DNA of 50,376 nucleotides from Craspedostauros australis (lineage: Eukaryota): NCBI GenBank assembly GCA_030167865.1, contig JALAGF010006716.1, forward strand, positions 1 through 50,376, written 5' to 3'. Within the stretch, counting starts at the first letter, position 1; each line of letters starts with the position of its first letter. Shown in pieces: positions 11,088-23,699 of this stretch. The translations under genes and the position numbers were made by a program. The notes under the pieces were generated by a model. That model ran no database searches. It saw nothing but the letters and a program-made list of their open reading frames with translations, and had not been told where the DNA came from.

Positions 11088-12979
11088 TTACACCTTAGCA
11101 AAGGTCATTGGCATCTTGGTCGGGGTCACCATGGCGCAATCGTTCGTGCTGCTCGACATCTCCGTCTTCACTTCGTTCAAGTTGCGGGAGAAATGGAGCA
11201 GCAGGTTCACGGGGTCCTCCTCCGGTCGCAAACCTCCGTTCAGCTGGTGCTGAGTCGGCAGAGACTCCGCTGTCACCTTGCGCTTCTTGACGGGACGGCG
11301 ACTCGCATTGCGCATCGCATACATAGAAGCCGCCGCTTCACTATCCATGGTCGTATCGGAGTCGGTTTCTTCTTGTTTGACCACTCGCGCGCTTGGCTCG
11401 GTGTTCCTGCTGCGTCGGCGTTTCTGCTTGGCACGGGCTGCGACAGAACGTCCGCGTTGCGAGCGGCGAGTGGCATCCTGTGCATTGCGTGCAGGAGAAG
11501 AGCGACCAGACTTTCGCAACGACTTAGATCGAGCGATCGCCTTCTTGCGCGATGGCCCGGCCTTGAGGTTTCGGATACGCTTCTGGTCGGAACTAAGCGG
11601 GATGCCGCGGTCGGTGAGAATCTTCTCGAGATAATCAATGAGAGTTCTGTTGGGGTGGCTGTTGGTGGCACATGAGCAGGCCAAGTCGAACAGAGTCATC
11701 CCATTGTTGTTCGTTTGCGTGAGGCATTTGGGGTTGGCGCTGACCAGCATCCCCATCTTTTCTGGCGAGCAGTGACGGCTGCAGGCGACGTGGGCTGGGA
11801 GGAAGCCCTTCTTGTCGGTCATGAAGCATGCCTTGCTTCCCTTCTCGATCATCATCTTGGTCAGTTGGGGGGACAAGTAGTCTGAGGATTCGCCGGTAAG
11901 ATGCGTGGAATGGAGGAGTGGGGTTCAGAGCATACGACACAATGGAATGGAATGGAATGCAATGACATGGCATGGCATGGCATGGTGCAGGAAGAGGTGG
12001 TAACGATGAGAGTGAGATGGATCATCTAGGATGACGCGGTGAGCAGATGATGAGGCCAACTGTTAGCATGTACCATACGAATGCGTATGAGTACGTGCAA
12101 CTGTTGATATGGACAAAGAAGATGGTGATTCGCCAAGGAAAAACGATTCCGCAAGGCAACGTCTCACTTACCAGTGAACATGATGTGCAATGGCGTTCGT
12201 TCGCCAACACCCCCTGGCTGCACAAGGGCAGGCTCGTGGGCATCAACAAGAGCACGGATCAAGGACTCCTTGGTCTTCGCATCCATCTTCGTGTTGCGCT
12301 GGCAGATCACGTGGAGAGGCAAGGATCCGTACCCGTTCTGGATGCCGGCTGCTGCCGGTGTTCTGGACAGGATGCATCGGATGACCTCGGCACGCAAGGG
12401 GACAGCCCCTTTGCTTGTGATGGCTTGGTGGAGGAGGGTGGTCTTGATGTGATTATCCATGGTCATGGTGGTGTTTCCAAGCCGTGGGTCGTCTTCAAGA
12501 TATTCAAGGACTTCCGCCCACATGTTCTTTCTGCAGAGGCAAAAGACGACGCGCTTGATCTCTTCGGAAATTCCCTGGTCTGGTGCACCTTTGTCATTCT
12601 TTGGATTTTTCAGCTTCGTGTCATCCTTGCTGCCATCCTCCTCCGTTTCGTTGACGGTGTCTTCTTCCGTGTCAGCCTCAGCTTCGGCCTTCACCTGATG
12701 CTGCGATGGAGGCCGCGGTGCCTGCACCGCCGAGGACTGCTTCTGAAGGAGAGGGTGGCGGTGCAACTGCTGCTGCTGCTGCTGTTGCTCTTCGTGACGG
12801 GTTCGATACGCCGAAAGGAAATGATCGTCCATGTTCACGCCTGTAGGGACGTAGTGGGGCGCCGTGGCTACCTGCAATTGCATGCGCGGATGCCATCGTC
12901 GATGCGTGGATGGTTGCAAGGAGGCCTCATCGGGATAGTAGATCGAATGCATCATGCGCGTTGATGTAGGGAATGGCAT
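11088..12979 (-). CDS. Protein with divergent ankyrin-like repeats, Q-rich N-terminus and basic disordered C-terminus; 2 exons (12979-12172, 11881-11088)
   Basis: TTLLHQAI, GYGSLPLHVIC, ERTPLHIMFT|DYLSP, KKGFLPAHVAC and NGMTLFDLA are ankyrin-like motifs. Phase-1 intron GTAAGT (12171) to CTCAG (11882). KKRK NLS-like motif. Confidence 0.8.
11941..11985. repeat. Pentanucleotide microsatellite (AATGG)n/(CATGG)n in an intron; other SSRs: (GA)n at about 18574, 22788 and 24765, (CT)n at about 18906, (GAT)n at about 49445, (GATTT)n at about 50030
   Basis: Directly visible. Confidence 0.85.
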
Positions 12980-14321
12980 CGTCGTGCTTCGTCTTGCTGT
13001 CTGCGCTTTGACTCACTTGTGCTTGCGTGTGTGCGTGCGTGCGTAATGGATAGTTGGTGGTTGACGGAAGTGGTTTGGGGTGCGCTTGCGTGATGTAATG
13101 GAATGTGTTTGCTGGTCGTCTGTATGGTCTCTTGTTTGTGTGAATGTGTGGATCTCAAGATGATGCTGTGGTCGATGGAGGTGAAAGCAGAGGATGGAAT
13201 GATTTTATGAGAAATGACGAAGGGTTGCTACTGGACAGAGGTGTGTACATGTGTGTGCGTGCTGTCTTTGTGTGGCCTTTCTCAAGACTGATGTATGCTG
13301 GCTATGGCGTGTGATTGTGGTTGTGGTTGTGATCGTTGTGGGCGCCCGTATCAACACACGTTGGTGCGAGCGTGTGTGTGTTTGTCCACGGAGGCTGGAG
13401 AAACGAAAATAACGGTGAGCCCATCGAAGGTCTCTTCTTGTGCACGTTAATGGAACGAAGCAAAATCGTGGAATCTCGTCTTATCTTTCGTTGCTCCGAC
13501 CGTGGCTCGCCATCACGACGTTCTCCATCGTGGCGCACCATTCCATTCCCACTCTGCCCTGTCCATGTCCATCAATACAAGTTTCGACCATCTTGTCTAT
13601 GCCACAGGGCACGATTTACATCCTTCTCCACGGTGCTTTGCACCTTGATGGAGCGTGAAAAGAATCGATCGGTTGTGTAGGATCCAACCATCGTCTCGTA
13701 TGTGTGAACTCTCTCAATGTCGAGATTTCGTGTCTCCTCTTGTGTGAATGGAATGTTGCGGATTGTAAACACAGCGTGTGAATTCCAACCCAGCGGACAA
13801 ACGAACGACTCCGGCATCAAAGGCATCGTGTAATTGGTGCGATGGCATGAATCGTCCGATGCAGATTCTTGAATCCATCTGTCTCTTTGCGTGTCAACTT
13901 CTGCATCGGTATCGTGCGCCATGGGGCGGGCCCTGTGATGCCCCGCCCATGTTGTGAGCAGCCACGGCAACACAAAAGAGTTCTGATTCTGCACAAAATG
14001 TGAAGGGGTTTGTTTTTTCAAAATATGGCGTTAAAGGGGCGTTATAGTTCACATTGTTCGAATGAGTCAATGATACTTGTGTTTTGTTGTTCTTTGGCAT
14101 CAGTCGTGACGTCACGCTTTCGCGGTTCATTTGCCCCTTGTCGTCTGTTGTCGTCTCGCGATGGAACGCAACGTCCACCACCATCGGTGTGACCACAACC
14201 TGTCCCTGCCCCCTTCCACGTCCATGTCCATAGTCATACTCGAACCAACATTGGCAACGCCAACACTGCAACAATCTGCTCTCGATACTTTGCCGATCTC
14301 ATGCAAGTGCATGCAGTGAAG

Positions 14322-15341
14322 ATGACCCGTCTCTCGGCATTGTGCGCGTTCGTTTTGCTGCGATCCCATGCGTTCAATTTGGCATCAGCTGCTTCAGCGG
14401 CAGCTTCTGCGAGGAAGAGGATCAACGCATTCACAGGTGCGGCCGCTGGTGTAGATCCATTGGCATTTGCATCTCCGATGCCCGCTCGAAGATATGGTGT
14501 GGCACAATCATCATCTCAGAAGCTATCGCATCGTTCGGGCCAAGTTCCACGAGCGAGAAGTGCATGGGGCAGGATTCAGTCCCAGCACCAGCACCAGCTA
14601 CAACTTCATCTTCACCATAACCGTCCTAGTATACGAGTCGTCAGTATACAACGATCTCACCGATGCCACAGACTATGGGGTTCGTCGTCGGACAGCAATG
14701 AAGAAGACGGCATAAGGTTTGCGTCGGTACCAGGCGATTCGCCGTTGATGGCAATCGCCGCTGACAGGAGTCGAAGGAGCAGCAGTGCGGATGATGCTCG
14801 GCCGGAAAACGACATGCCCTATTTCATCCGCCCCGCCATGATACAGGACATGGGGCCCGCAAGCCGCATCTTGGCGGATGGATTCTTCAAGGCTCAAAAC
14901 AACTTCCTGGTGTACCAGTGGGAACGTCTCGAAACCTACCTCAGCTTGGACTCGGCGTTCCCCAAGCCCAACGCCTTGCACGCTATGTTCGTGGCGTGCG
15001 AGTCGCAAGGCAGTGCCGTCATTGGGATAGTCGAGCTCGATGCGCGTGTCACCAAGAACGGGCGTGGCCAGAACGGACCGTACATGTGCAACCTCGCTGT
15101 CGACGAGAAGTACAAACGGCAAGGCGTCGCCACTGCGCTCGTGGACGTGGCCGAAGAGCAAGTCACGGCGTGGACGAGGGAAGCCGACATCATGAACAGC
15201 CTACGTCTGCAGGTGCGGCGGTCCAATGTCGCCGCCATCGCCATGTATGAACGCCTGGGTTATCAGAGTTACATCCAAGAGAAGAATGAGAAAGGAGAAA
15301 TGATCCTGTCCATGAGAAGAAACTTGACGAAAGCATCATAG
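14322..15341 (+). CDS. GNAT-family acetyltransferase, probably plastid-targeted
   Basis: PYMCNLAVDEKYKRQGVATALV (acetyl-CoA motif A) and LQVRRSNVAAIAMYERLGY. N-terminus MTRLSALCAFVLLRSHA|FNL is a signal peptide plus F, followed by an S/R-rich transit-like region. An upstream in-frame ATG lies at 14301. Confidence 0.85.
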   Translation: MTRLSALCAFVLLRSHAFNLASAASAAASARKRINAFTGAAAGVDPLAFASPMPARRYGVAQSSSQKLSHRSGQVPRARSAWGRIQSQHQHQLQLHLHHNRPSIRVVSIQRSHRCHRLWGSSSDSNEEDGIRFASVPGDSPLMAIAADRSRRSSSADDARPENDMPYFIRPAMIQDMGPASRILADGFFKAQNNFLVYQWERLETYLSLDSAFPKPNALHAMFVACESQGSAVIGIVELDARVTKNGRGQNGPYMCNLAVDEKYKRQGVATALVDVAEEQVTAWTREADIMNSLRLQVRRSNVAAIAMYERLGYQSYIQEKNEKGEMILSMRRNLTKAS

Positions 15342-15656
15342 TACTCCATGCATGCAGCTGTGCTGCAATTGCGATTTCGACGCTGCGATGACCATTGATT
15401 TTGTCAGGCTTCCCGTCTTGCTCCAATCCATGATACGAGTACGCAGCATTCTAATACAGAGAAGGTGAAGTGCATTTGCGCTGGCGCCTCAAGGTCAAAC
15501 GCAAGTCAAAGACAGAGAGATGATGGCACTCAACATCCACAAACTATAGATAGATCGTAGAGAACCACGAGCACATGGCTGGAATTATTGCGATTATCGC
15601 TAGTGCTGCTGGTGCTGCTGAACGCCGCAATTTAGCGGTTGGCATTCCGCCGATAG

Positions 15657-17447
15657 TCATGACGACTTCATAGCGGAATACGCCTTGGATTCCTGTCTCC
15701 ACCTCTTCCAATTCGTCCAGTACGTCAATGGGGATTTGATGCGCTTCCACAGTGCGTGGAGATACGCTGATATGACGATGTACGCAGTGAGATGGCCAGT
15801 ATTTCCTGCAGGGTGGAAGTTGGTTGACGATTGAGTAGTGAACAATGAGCAATCAGGATTCCAAGGAATGCGCAGATCGAGCACCGAAGACGTGACCAGG
15901 TCACCGCGATATCGCACGAGATGTGGTTGTGAGTTGGATTCATGAAGGAATGATTTCAGGGCGAGTACCAGTAATGTATGGTATAATACGATAAAATGCT
16001 CGCACCCATGACCAATGATTTCGCAGTAGCTGTCACGACATCACCCCAAACTCGCACCAACAAGAACGAAATTGCAACAAAAGGCTCGCATGCAATGCAC
16101 AGAGCTGTCACGCATCTGCATGCGTATGCGAATGGCTGAAAACGTACCGTGGAAATACCTGGCGTAGAGATAGCAATGACGTTTCTCGCCGTTGATTGTG
16201 TAATAATCATGGATGAGTTTCACGCGCCAAAACCCAAGCCGTTCATAGAATCGAATAGCGGAGGTGTTCTCGATGAGGACGTGCAAATACAACGCACCGC
16301 ACCGCGGATCTCCGCGCACCTTGTCGATGCATTGCCGAATGAGCATGGTCGCCAACCCCATCTTGCGATACTCCGCCTCGGTCCCCAGCGTCATGATGTA
16401 GAAAGCTCGACTGAAGCAATCCGAATTGGCAAGCAGGAGTTTGCGGCTCGCATGATTCAACCGCTTCGTCGACACCATGGACGCCACGACGCAGGCGACC
16501 ATCTGATCTGACTCCGTATTCGCGGCGATGCTGGTGAAGAGAGGATCGCCGGTGCGCGTCATGCGTTGGTGGACGAGCTCGTCGTAAAAGTCAGATTGGT
16601 ACTCCACAGGGAACCACTCTTCATGCAGGTGCTGCACGCGAACGCGATCCTTGGGCAGAATCGTCCGAAAGACGACCGTCCGGTCCATATTTGTGATCGT
16701 GCGGCCGTGCTGCTCATTCATGTTGGCGATATGCAGCGGATCTCTTGAGCTTCTGTTTGCGATCGTTGACGTTGCATCCGATTGCGCGCTGGAGGGATCG
16801 CGCATGTTCGATTCCAAATCATCCGTCGCAGATGGTCTGTATTCGTACGCATGATCCGACTTCGACTCATCCGTCAGAGACGACGAGGCCGTTCTGGAGG
16901 GAGATTGCGATGTCGATTGCAACGTTGATACCGATTCTGTAGTCGTAGTCGTACTCGTGTTTGTTGGCGAAGATCTGAACTTCATCACATCGCTGCCTGA
17001 TCGATTCGATTTCATTGCCAGCAGCGTGTGTGCATGGCGCGCAAACAAGTCATCGGGCCGCCGCTGCTGCTGATTCGCTGCTTGGTTGGTGGTGCGGTGG
17101 ATGCCTGAATTCTGCCCGCTTTGACCCATCTGCGGACTTCCCAACTCCATGCAATGCAAAGTCCTCTGCTGGTCGAGCGGTTGCTGTTGAGGATATCGAT
17201 GCTCGTGCATGGAAATACCTCCAACTTCGATGTTCCCCCACGAGTCGTTTCCATTTGCATTCAGCGACTGCATCTTCGAAGACTGGGAATACTCGTATGG
17301 CTGCTTGTTGTGGCCGTTCATTGTAGCCGTGGTGCCAATGTTGATATCGTAGATGATCCCGCTGCTGGTTGCGTTCCCACCATCATCTGCGAAAGCTTCA
17401 GTCGACCCTGCGCCACCGTCCCCACACAATCCGAATGACCTCTTCAT
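15657..17447 (-). CDS. NAA60: N-alpha-acetyltransferase 60-like GNAT with long disordered N-terminal extension; exons 17447-16148 and 15805-15657
   Basis: LHEEWFPVEYQSDFY, FYIMTLGTEAEYRKMGLA, ALYLHVLIENTSAIRFYERLGF ... DYYTING ... CYLYARYFHG. Intron GTACGT (16147) to TGCAG (15806) continues GNTGHLTAYIVISAYLHALWKRIK, an amphipathic tail as in NAA60. An acceptor-like CTAACAG at 17484 suggests a further upstream exon. Confidence 0.82.
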
Positions 17448-20400
17448 TTGGCTTCCCTCCGTTCGTGTTTCCAAAACCAAATCCTGTTAGGAAGCAAACA
17501 TGTGGGAAGCAGGCATGTGATCTCTGCTGATGGTATTATAGAATAGAATACTTCCAATCCACGAGTATTGCACGTGCAGTGGTATTGTACTAGTGTAAGA
17601 CTGTACTTCCACAAATAGTACGAGCGAAGGGTTGAGTGCGGCGCTCGTCCTGGTTTCTGCCCATTCAGGGTGCTGTCTGTGCGATGATTGACGTCGTATC
17701 CTTCTCGTGTTTGCCATGCACTGTTATCAAAGGCAATGATGGTTGGATGCTGTACTATAGAAGCTTGAATGGCGCACTACTAATCGCATGGATGACAACG
17801 GCAGCAAAGTCATCAGTACTGTTGGTGCGCGTGGACATGTGGATGCAACTCGGAGACAGAAAAACAGAGAGACGGAGAAACACGGAACAACGCGCAAACA
17901 GCACCGAAGTCTTCGCCTACCGTCGCCATGGTCGCGAATCGCTTCTTTCGCCTCTTGGTGTTGTTCGTTTGCATTGTGCATGTTGTGGTCGATGAAGTCA
18001 ACATGACTCGATGGAATGAATGGCATCACATTCGTGTTCGGCAGTCCCGTCACGTTCGCAACTTTTGGGGCGCGAACCCCAACCAAAACCAAAACTGCAG
18101 ACGTGCAACACGACAACAGACATCCACGCCACAAAATGAAGGACACTCGTAACAAAGTCGTCTACAAGAGCGCGGCACAGTAAGCTGAAACGGCGTCAGC
18201 GCATCGCGATGGATTCGATCGCGCTCGTACGGAGCCATGGTGCCTTTGCAATAGGTCGTAGTTGGATGATTCCGTGAATGGTCGTATTTGTGCTCGTATA
18301 ATATGAATAATTCTTGTGACTTCAACCTATCCAATAAACATAGGAGTATAGTATGCTCAATAGTCAAATGATCTGTTGCGTTCTCTTGAGCCAATTGCTC
18401 TTGTGGGAGATCATTGCGATCCCTCTCGATCCGTCGGAAGAGTGATCATGTCACACGATATTCCGACAGGTTCGTACTTCATGTGTTCGGCATCTCCATT
18501 TGGGAAGAGTAAAGTTGGCGTTCCGTGTGAAGCCCATCCGGCAACATTTTGCTCCATCCTCGACCCACCAAAGCGAGAGAGAGAGAGAGAGAGAAGCCTC
18601 AGTTTGCGGTCATTGCGATTGGCATTGGTCTGGTCCAACGAAACAGAGCACCCTTCCAATTTCAGGACAACCAATCGTTCCGGTGAGCGATTGCGACCGC
18701 AACACTCGTCACAAGAGTCTGATGCAGGTCCACGAGCACAATGTCTTTGTGAATGGACGCGCTTGTGTGGTAATCGCCCGCTGTGCCCAAGGCACGAATG
18801 AGGAGAAGAGTACGAGTACATGACCGTTCTTTGCTCAAGCTCAGTCGGTCTTTTGGGTAAACAATCCTCGCCTGTTTCGCTGAAGACTCGAGCTGCTTAC
18901 AACGGCTCTCTCTCTCTCTCTCTCCAGAAAGCACTCGTAGTCCGAGCACTCCGGGCAATTCGTACGAGCAACGTCGCTGATCCCTGTCTGTGTGTGTTTG
19001 TCATCATCGGCGCTGGATGCATCTTCTTGCGCCGTCGCTGTCGTTGTCGTTGTCGCTGTGGCAGGTGGCAGGTGACATGTGACATTGTCGTGACTGCGAC
19101 CAGAGGACAAAGCCAGCACGAGCATGCTACGAGCATCGTACGAGTAGAGTGGAGAGGATCGGACATGCCCGTATTTCGTGATCATTCACGAGGACACCTG
19201 GAATCTGATCCCGAACATGCGCGTCCATATGCTAACCGTACGAGCAGGTGCCATACGTGACAACGAGACCAGCAGAAGACACGTCTCTCCGGAGCGTCAG
19301 CATCTGATTTGGTTTGGTTCGCGTCCTATTGTGAACGCTTCCGAAGACTTGTTCATCCAAGTTGTTGTTGCTGACTCTGCTCCGGCTTCTCCTGTCGTTG
19401 GTCCCAGATCAAAGGAGTGCCGAGCAACCATGCCATCATTTCCATCCACAGAGAGACCTCAGGTCATCCCCGACATCTGTATGTATATGTATATGTAGAA
19501 TACGATCTACAGAGAAGTACGAATGCGAGCAAAAGTGCGGCACGAGCACGTACCATACGAGCACGAGAGCGCAAGATGCATCACGAGAACGCACACTTAC
19601 GGAATGTCCATGCATCGAAATGTCGGCAATGTCGTTGCGATAACGTCAGCAACGATCTCTGTACCAACTTCAATCGATAGTATAGTGTCTTCTTACGTGA
19701 CCCGCTGCAACCAGACTGCCGCAGCGATGTCCTGTCCTGTCCTGTCCTGCGGAATAGAGTTGGTGTGGTTCGTGTGGATGGTACAAAGTATGAGCGGCTG
19801 GGTGGCTGGCGGAGGTCCGACGAAGCTGGCACCGACACTGTCGCAACACACCCCCACTCACACAATCTGAGCCGAACCAAAACGAACTGTACGTGGCGGA
19901 CTATTTCCCCCCTCCAGGTACAACGAAAGGATGACGTTGACGACAGAAGCCCCCCAGTCAGTCCTCTTCCGCAACCAGTCATAAAGAACTCATCAGCCGC
20001 ACCAGCCAATTGTTCTGTGTGACGAAGACGAGCAACTTTGGTGTACAGCCATCCACTCTCGAGTACACATACTCCATTACTATTGCATTTGCGGCATTCC
20101 AGACGATGTAAGAATGGTGGTATGAGTGGGTCCATGAGTTTATACTCTTGAGAGCACCCCGACCCTACCACACGCGAGTCTTTCTTGATCGGCCTTTGTG
20201 TGCCTTCGATTCGATTGTTGTACCTGCGGCATCTTACGACCAACGATACACCGGACCTGCTTCCAACATTCGTTTGCAACCATCATCGGATCCGGCTGCG
20301 ACTTCAGCGAGGGGCTGCCTTCTCTCCTCTGCAAGAATTAGTCGAATGTATAATTGGAAGTGAGCCGTCGGCTTCACATCGATCATGAGACTTTGTGCTA

Positions 20401-21578
20401 TTCCTCCTTCTTGGAACAGGTACCGGCCTCGGCCTCTCTCCCCTCTCCCTCTCTGCTCGTAGCGAGGGAACACGAGCAGGAGCAGATGCAACACTACGAT
20501 CTACGTATGTTGAGATTGGGCCCTTGGAGCTTACTGTGCACAGGCGACAACGCCAAACACACCGGCAAGGGGTCTGTGAGGAATAGTCACGCAGAATGCA
20601 ACCATTGCAACTCAGACAGAGGATGGCACGGGTATAAAGAAACGTGGCCAACAATGACCACACAGACAGGATAGGGCAAGCATTCATGCCGTCAACAAGC
20701 AAGCGAGATCCAGAATCGCAGACTGCCAATAGGACTTGGACGTTGGTCGAATGCCCACTTGTGAGATCAGATGCCGTTTGGCGACTGCGATACGGCCTGC
20801 AGAACCTTCCCGGTTTCGCTGCCAATCTCTTGGATCATTGCATAATACCAAACAACGAACCATGATCTCACTAACCAACGTTTGTCTTACTACCGCGCAA
20901 TGGTATTGTCGATGTGGAGGCGCGATGCTAAACATGCTGATGGAACCTGCAGCGACAGCAATAATCGGAGGTCATTCCCCACCAACCCATGTCTCGGAGC
21001 GTCTTTTCATCACGTGATTTGTCGTGGGGAATAGGGACACGGTTTTGTGACAGAGAAAATGGCCCAAAGCTGTATGATTAAGTGGTGCTGTGACATCTTG
21101 TGAGTCATTGAGAGTTCGGGAAGAAGTCGTGACAAAGGGACAACGGCAGCATAATCACTCGTTCGTTCGACTCTCAGAGAACATCTCCAAAATCATGAAA
21201 GCGTCTTGGACCTCTCACAATGACCTCTAAGAAACACAAATGACCGGTCACGCCGTCAAGGCAAACAGGTCCAACGCATTTCGTGTCACGCCTCACAAAA
21301 CGTCAAGAGCGCAACACACAAAGCCAAAGGACCCAGAGTGAGAAAAGCAAGTCCAAAACGGTAAAGCACGTCAGAACACATTGCGAGCAAGCACATGCAA
21401 GCACGATAGCTCACACGAACGCAATCAAAACGACACTCGCTCTCGTTCCAGTGCTCACAACCATCACTTTCATAATTTGAAACGAAGCTCCAACCACACC
21501 CAAGCCAACGCAGCCACTCCCACACAGATCAACACATACCACATACTACACGCCACAACCTCCCCTCCACCAGCAGAC

Positions 21579-22085
21579 ATGGTTTCCGTTCAATTCCCCA
21601 ACACATCCCAACAATCGCAGTTCGAAGCAAGGGTGCCAAACGTCCCCGACTGCTGCGACAACAGCAACGCGACTTCGGCGCTGGAGTACGCGATGTCACC
21701 TGCAGCATCGTCCTCGTCGTTGCTGTCATCGACACCATCGTCGTCGTCGTCGTCCGGAGGAATGAACAAGAAAGTCATCCCCCACAAGCGATCCTCGCGA
21801 AACATTTCCTACCAGCAGGCCTTCTCGATGCTGTCCTTTGCATCCATCAGCCCAAGGCCGGCACCGCAGCCAAGTCGCGATGACCATCTCCAATCCACCA
21901 ACAAGCGCAGACGGTACCAACGCAGAGGATCCAGAGTGCCCAGCATGCTCCTGCTCAAGCTGCCCAAGATCTCGCTGGAGCTGTCATCCGATGTGATGCA
22001 GCTCGATTCAATGCGCATCAGCGTGAACCGTACAGCCACGAAGGAAGATATCGAGGAGGACATCATCGAATCGACAACGAGCTGA
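21579..22085 (+). CDS. Small S-rich hypothetical protein with KRRRYQRRGSRVPSM motif
   Basis: 168-aa ORF with C/G-ending codon bias, preceded by a CA-rich leader like those before the other genes here. No recognisable domain. Confidence 0.55.
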   Translation: MVSVQFPNTSQQSQFEARVPNVPDCCDNSNATSALEYAMSPAASSSSLLSSTPSSSSSSGGMNKKVIPHKRSSRNISYQQAFSMLSFASISPRPAPQPSRDDHLQSTNKRRRYQRRGSRVPSMLLLKLPKISLELSSDVMQLDSMRISVNRTATKEDIEEDIIESTTS

Positions 22086-23061
22086 AGCCAGAACGAAAGC
22101 AAGGCAAGGCAAGGCACAAATGCACGCCTCTCATTGACAGTTGGAGCACGAACAAGCCGCTTGATACTCCAGCGAATGCATGAGAAAGGAGGCACCAGCG
22201 CGATCGAAGCATCTGGGGCGAGCAGCAGTACCCCACACAACAGCGCCAAGCACGAGCACCTCTTGATTGCAAGCACCACGCACCGCTTTCGGGTGTAGGA
22301 CGGCCGCGTGAAGAACATTCCGCGACAGGGCAACCAACAGCGAGCCAAACAGGCGCACGATTACCAATACGCAAGCCATCATCCGCATCCAAACGATTCA
22401 CAAGTTGGTGACTTGATGCCGATACGGCGGTGTGCGAACAAAGACTCTTGATTGGAGACTCGTGGATGGTCGTCGCTCGCACGATCGAAACACATACTGA
22501 TGTGAGGCATGAAAGCAGTCAACGCCCATGGCGCAACAGGTAGGGGAGAGGCGTTCCGTTGCCCAGCATTGATTCCTTTCTTAATTGCACCTCCCCGACC
22601 ACTGCTTTTGAAAGGCGGCATGCGAGGAGACATGACGACAGGCCTGCAAAGAGAAAGGCACCACGGTGCAACAACTCAGAGACTTTTCGGGCAGCCAACC
22701 AGATCGATGAACCGTACGCTCTCCAAGCCATGCATTTACGATGCTGTTGTGGTACTGTCCAACTATCCTCTCCATTCCTCTTCGGAAGAGAGAGAGAGAG
22801 TGATACACACAAAAAGTAAAGAAGTACTATATTATAATCAAATAGAACATGACGTACGCATGTGGAACAACTACGCCTGCAATTCGACTAGTTGTGGACT
22901 TTGCGGCTCCCTCGCAGCAGTACTCGTGGGTTGCTCCTCGCCGTGGTTGACCGTGATCCTTCACGACGATGTACGAGTTTGTTTGCTTTCCTCGTCTGCC
23001 AGTGCGTTTGAGTTTGCCCTAACGAAACTCTGATTGCATTGCAATGAAGGTTCTATAGCTC

Positions 23062-23699
23062 TCATGTGACGGCATCCGCCTCCTCGACGTAGCGGACGGA
23101 GTCATGGGCGATCATGCACTTGTCCACGGTGTGGTAGCACTCATGCGGTCCGTTCTTCAACGCATCGCACCATGCGGTCTCCCAACGGTGGGCCTTGTGC
23201 TCGGTCGATGCCGCCTTGAACTTCTCATCGCCCGACTTGTTCGCTTTGGCGTTGACCTTGCTCTCCCCGAGGCGATGGTGGAAGAGACGCTTGCGGCACA
23301 GAAGGCATCACTGTCGACATCAACGAAGATGCAGTAGAGTCACAGAATATCGGCCACAAAGTTGTGGCTCCACGGGATGCGCTGATGAGGCCAGTGGACG
23401 CTCCACTCAGGCCGGGGGCGTCATCCTTCTTCATGGAGGCGACCAGACGCTTCTATTCGGAGATGGTCATGAGAGCGACCCCCGTCCATGGATAGGTCTG
23501 GGTACGCATCGTGGAAGATCTTCATGAACATTGTGCGAGAGAAGTTGAGTTCCTCGATGGTTGGTTTGTGAGCATGGTCGACTTCGCTGTTGATGCCGAA
23601 GTGGTCGTGGACGCCCCAAGTTGATCCAGCGGCGTCGACGAATGGAGGCAAGGCAGATGCCATCACGGAGATGAGAGCGGTGGCAGCGATGAGCTTCAT
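23062..23699 (-). pseudogene. Disrupted gene for a small secreted Cys-containing protein
   Basis: The 5' part MKLIAATALISVMASALPPFVDA... is a signal peptide. The 3' part is in another frame: CLLCRKRLFHHRLGESK ... HRWETAWCDALKNGPHECYHTVDKCMIAHDSVRYVEEADAVT*. The middle needs frameshifts and contains TGA stops, with no clear intron to explain them. Confidence 0.55.

Noticed and set aside
12047..12964. 305-aa plus-strand ORF (likewise 3414-4037 and the L/F-rich minus ORF 29914-30747)
   Set aside because: Antisense shadows of real coding exons. The hydrophobic look of 29914-30747 is just the complement of the E/K/Q repeat.
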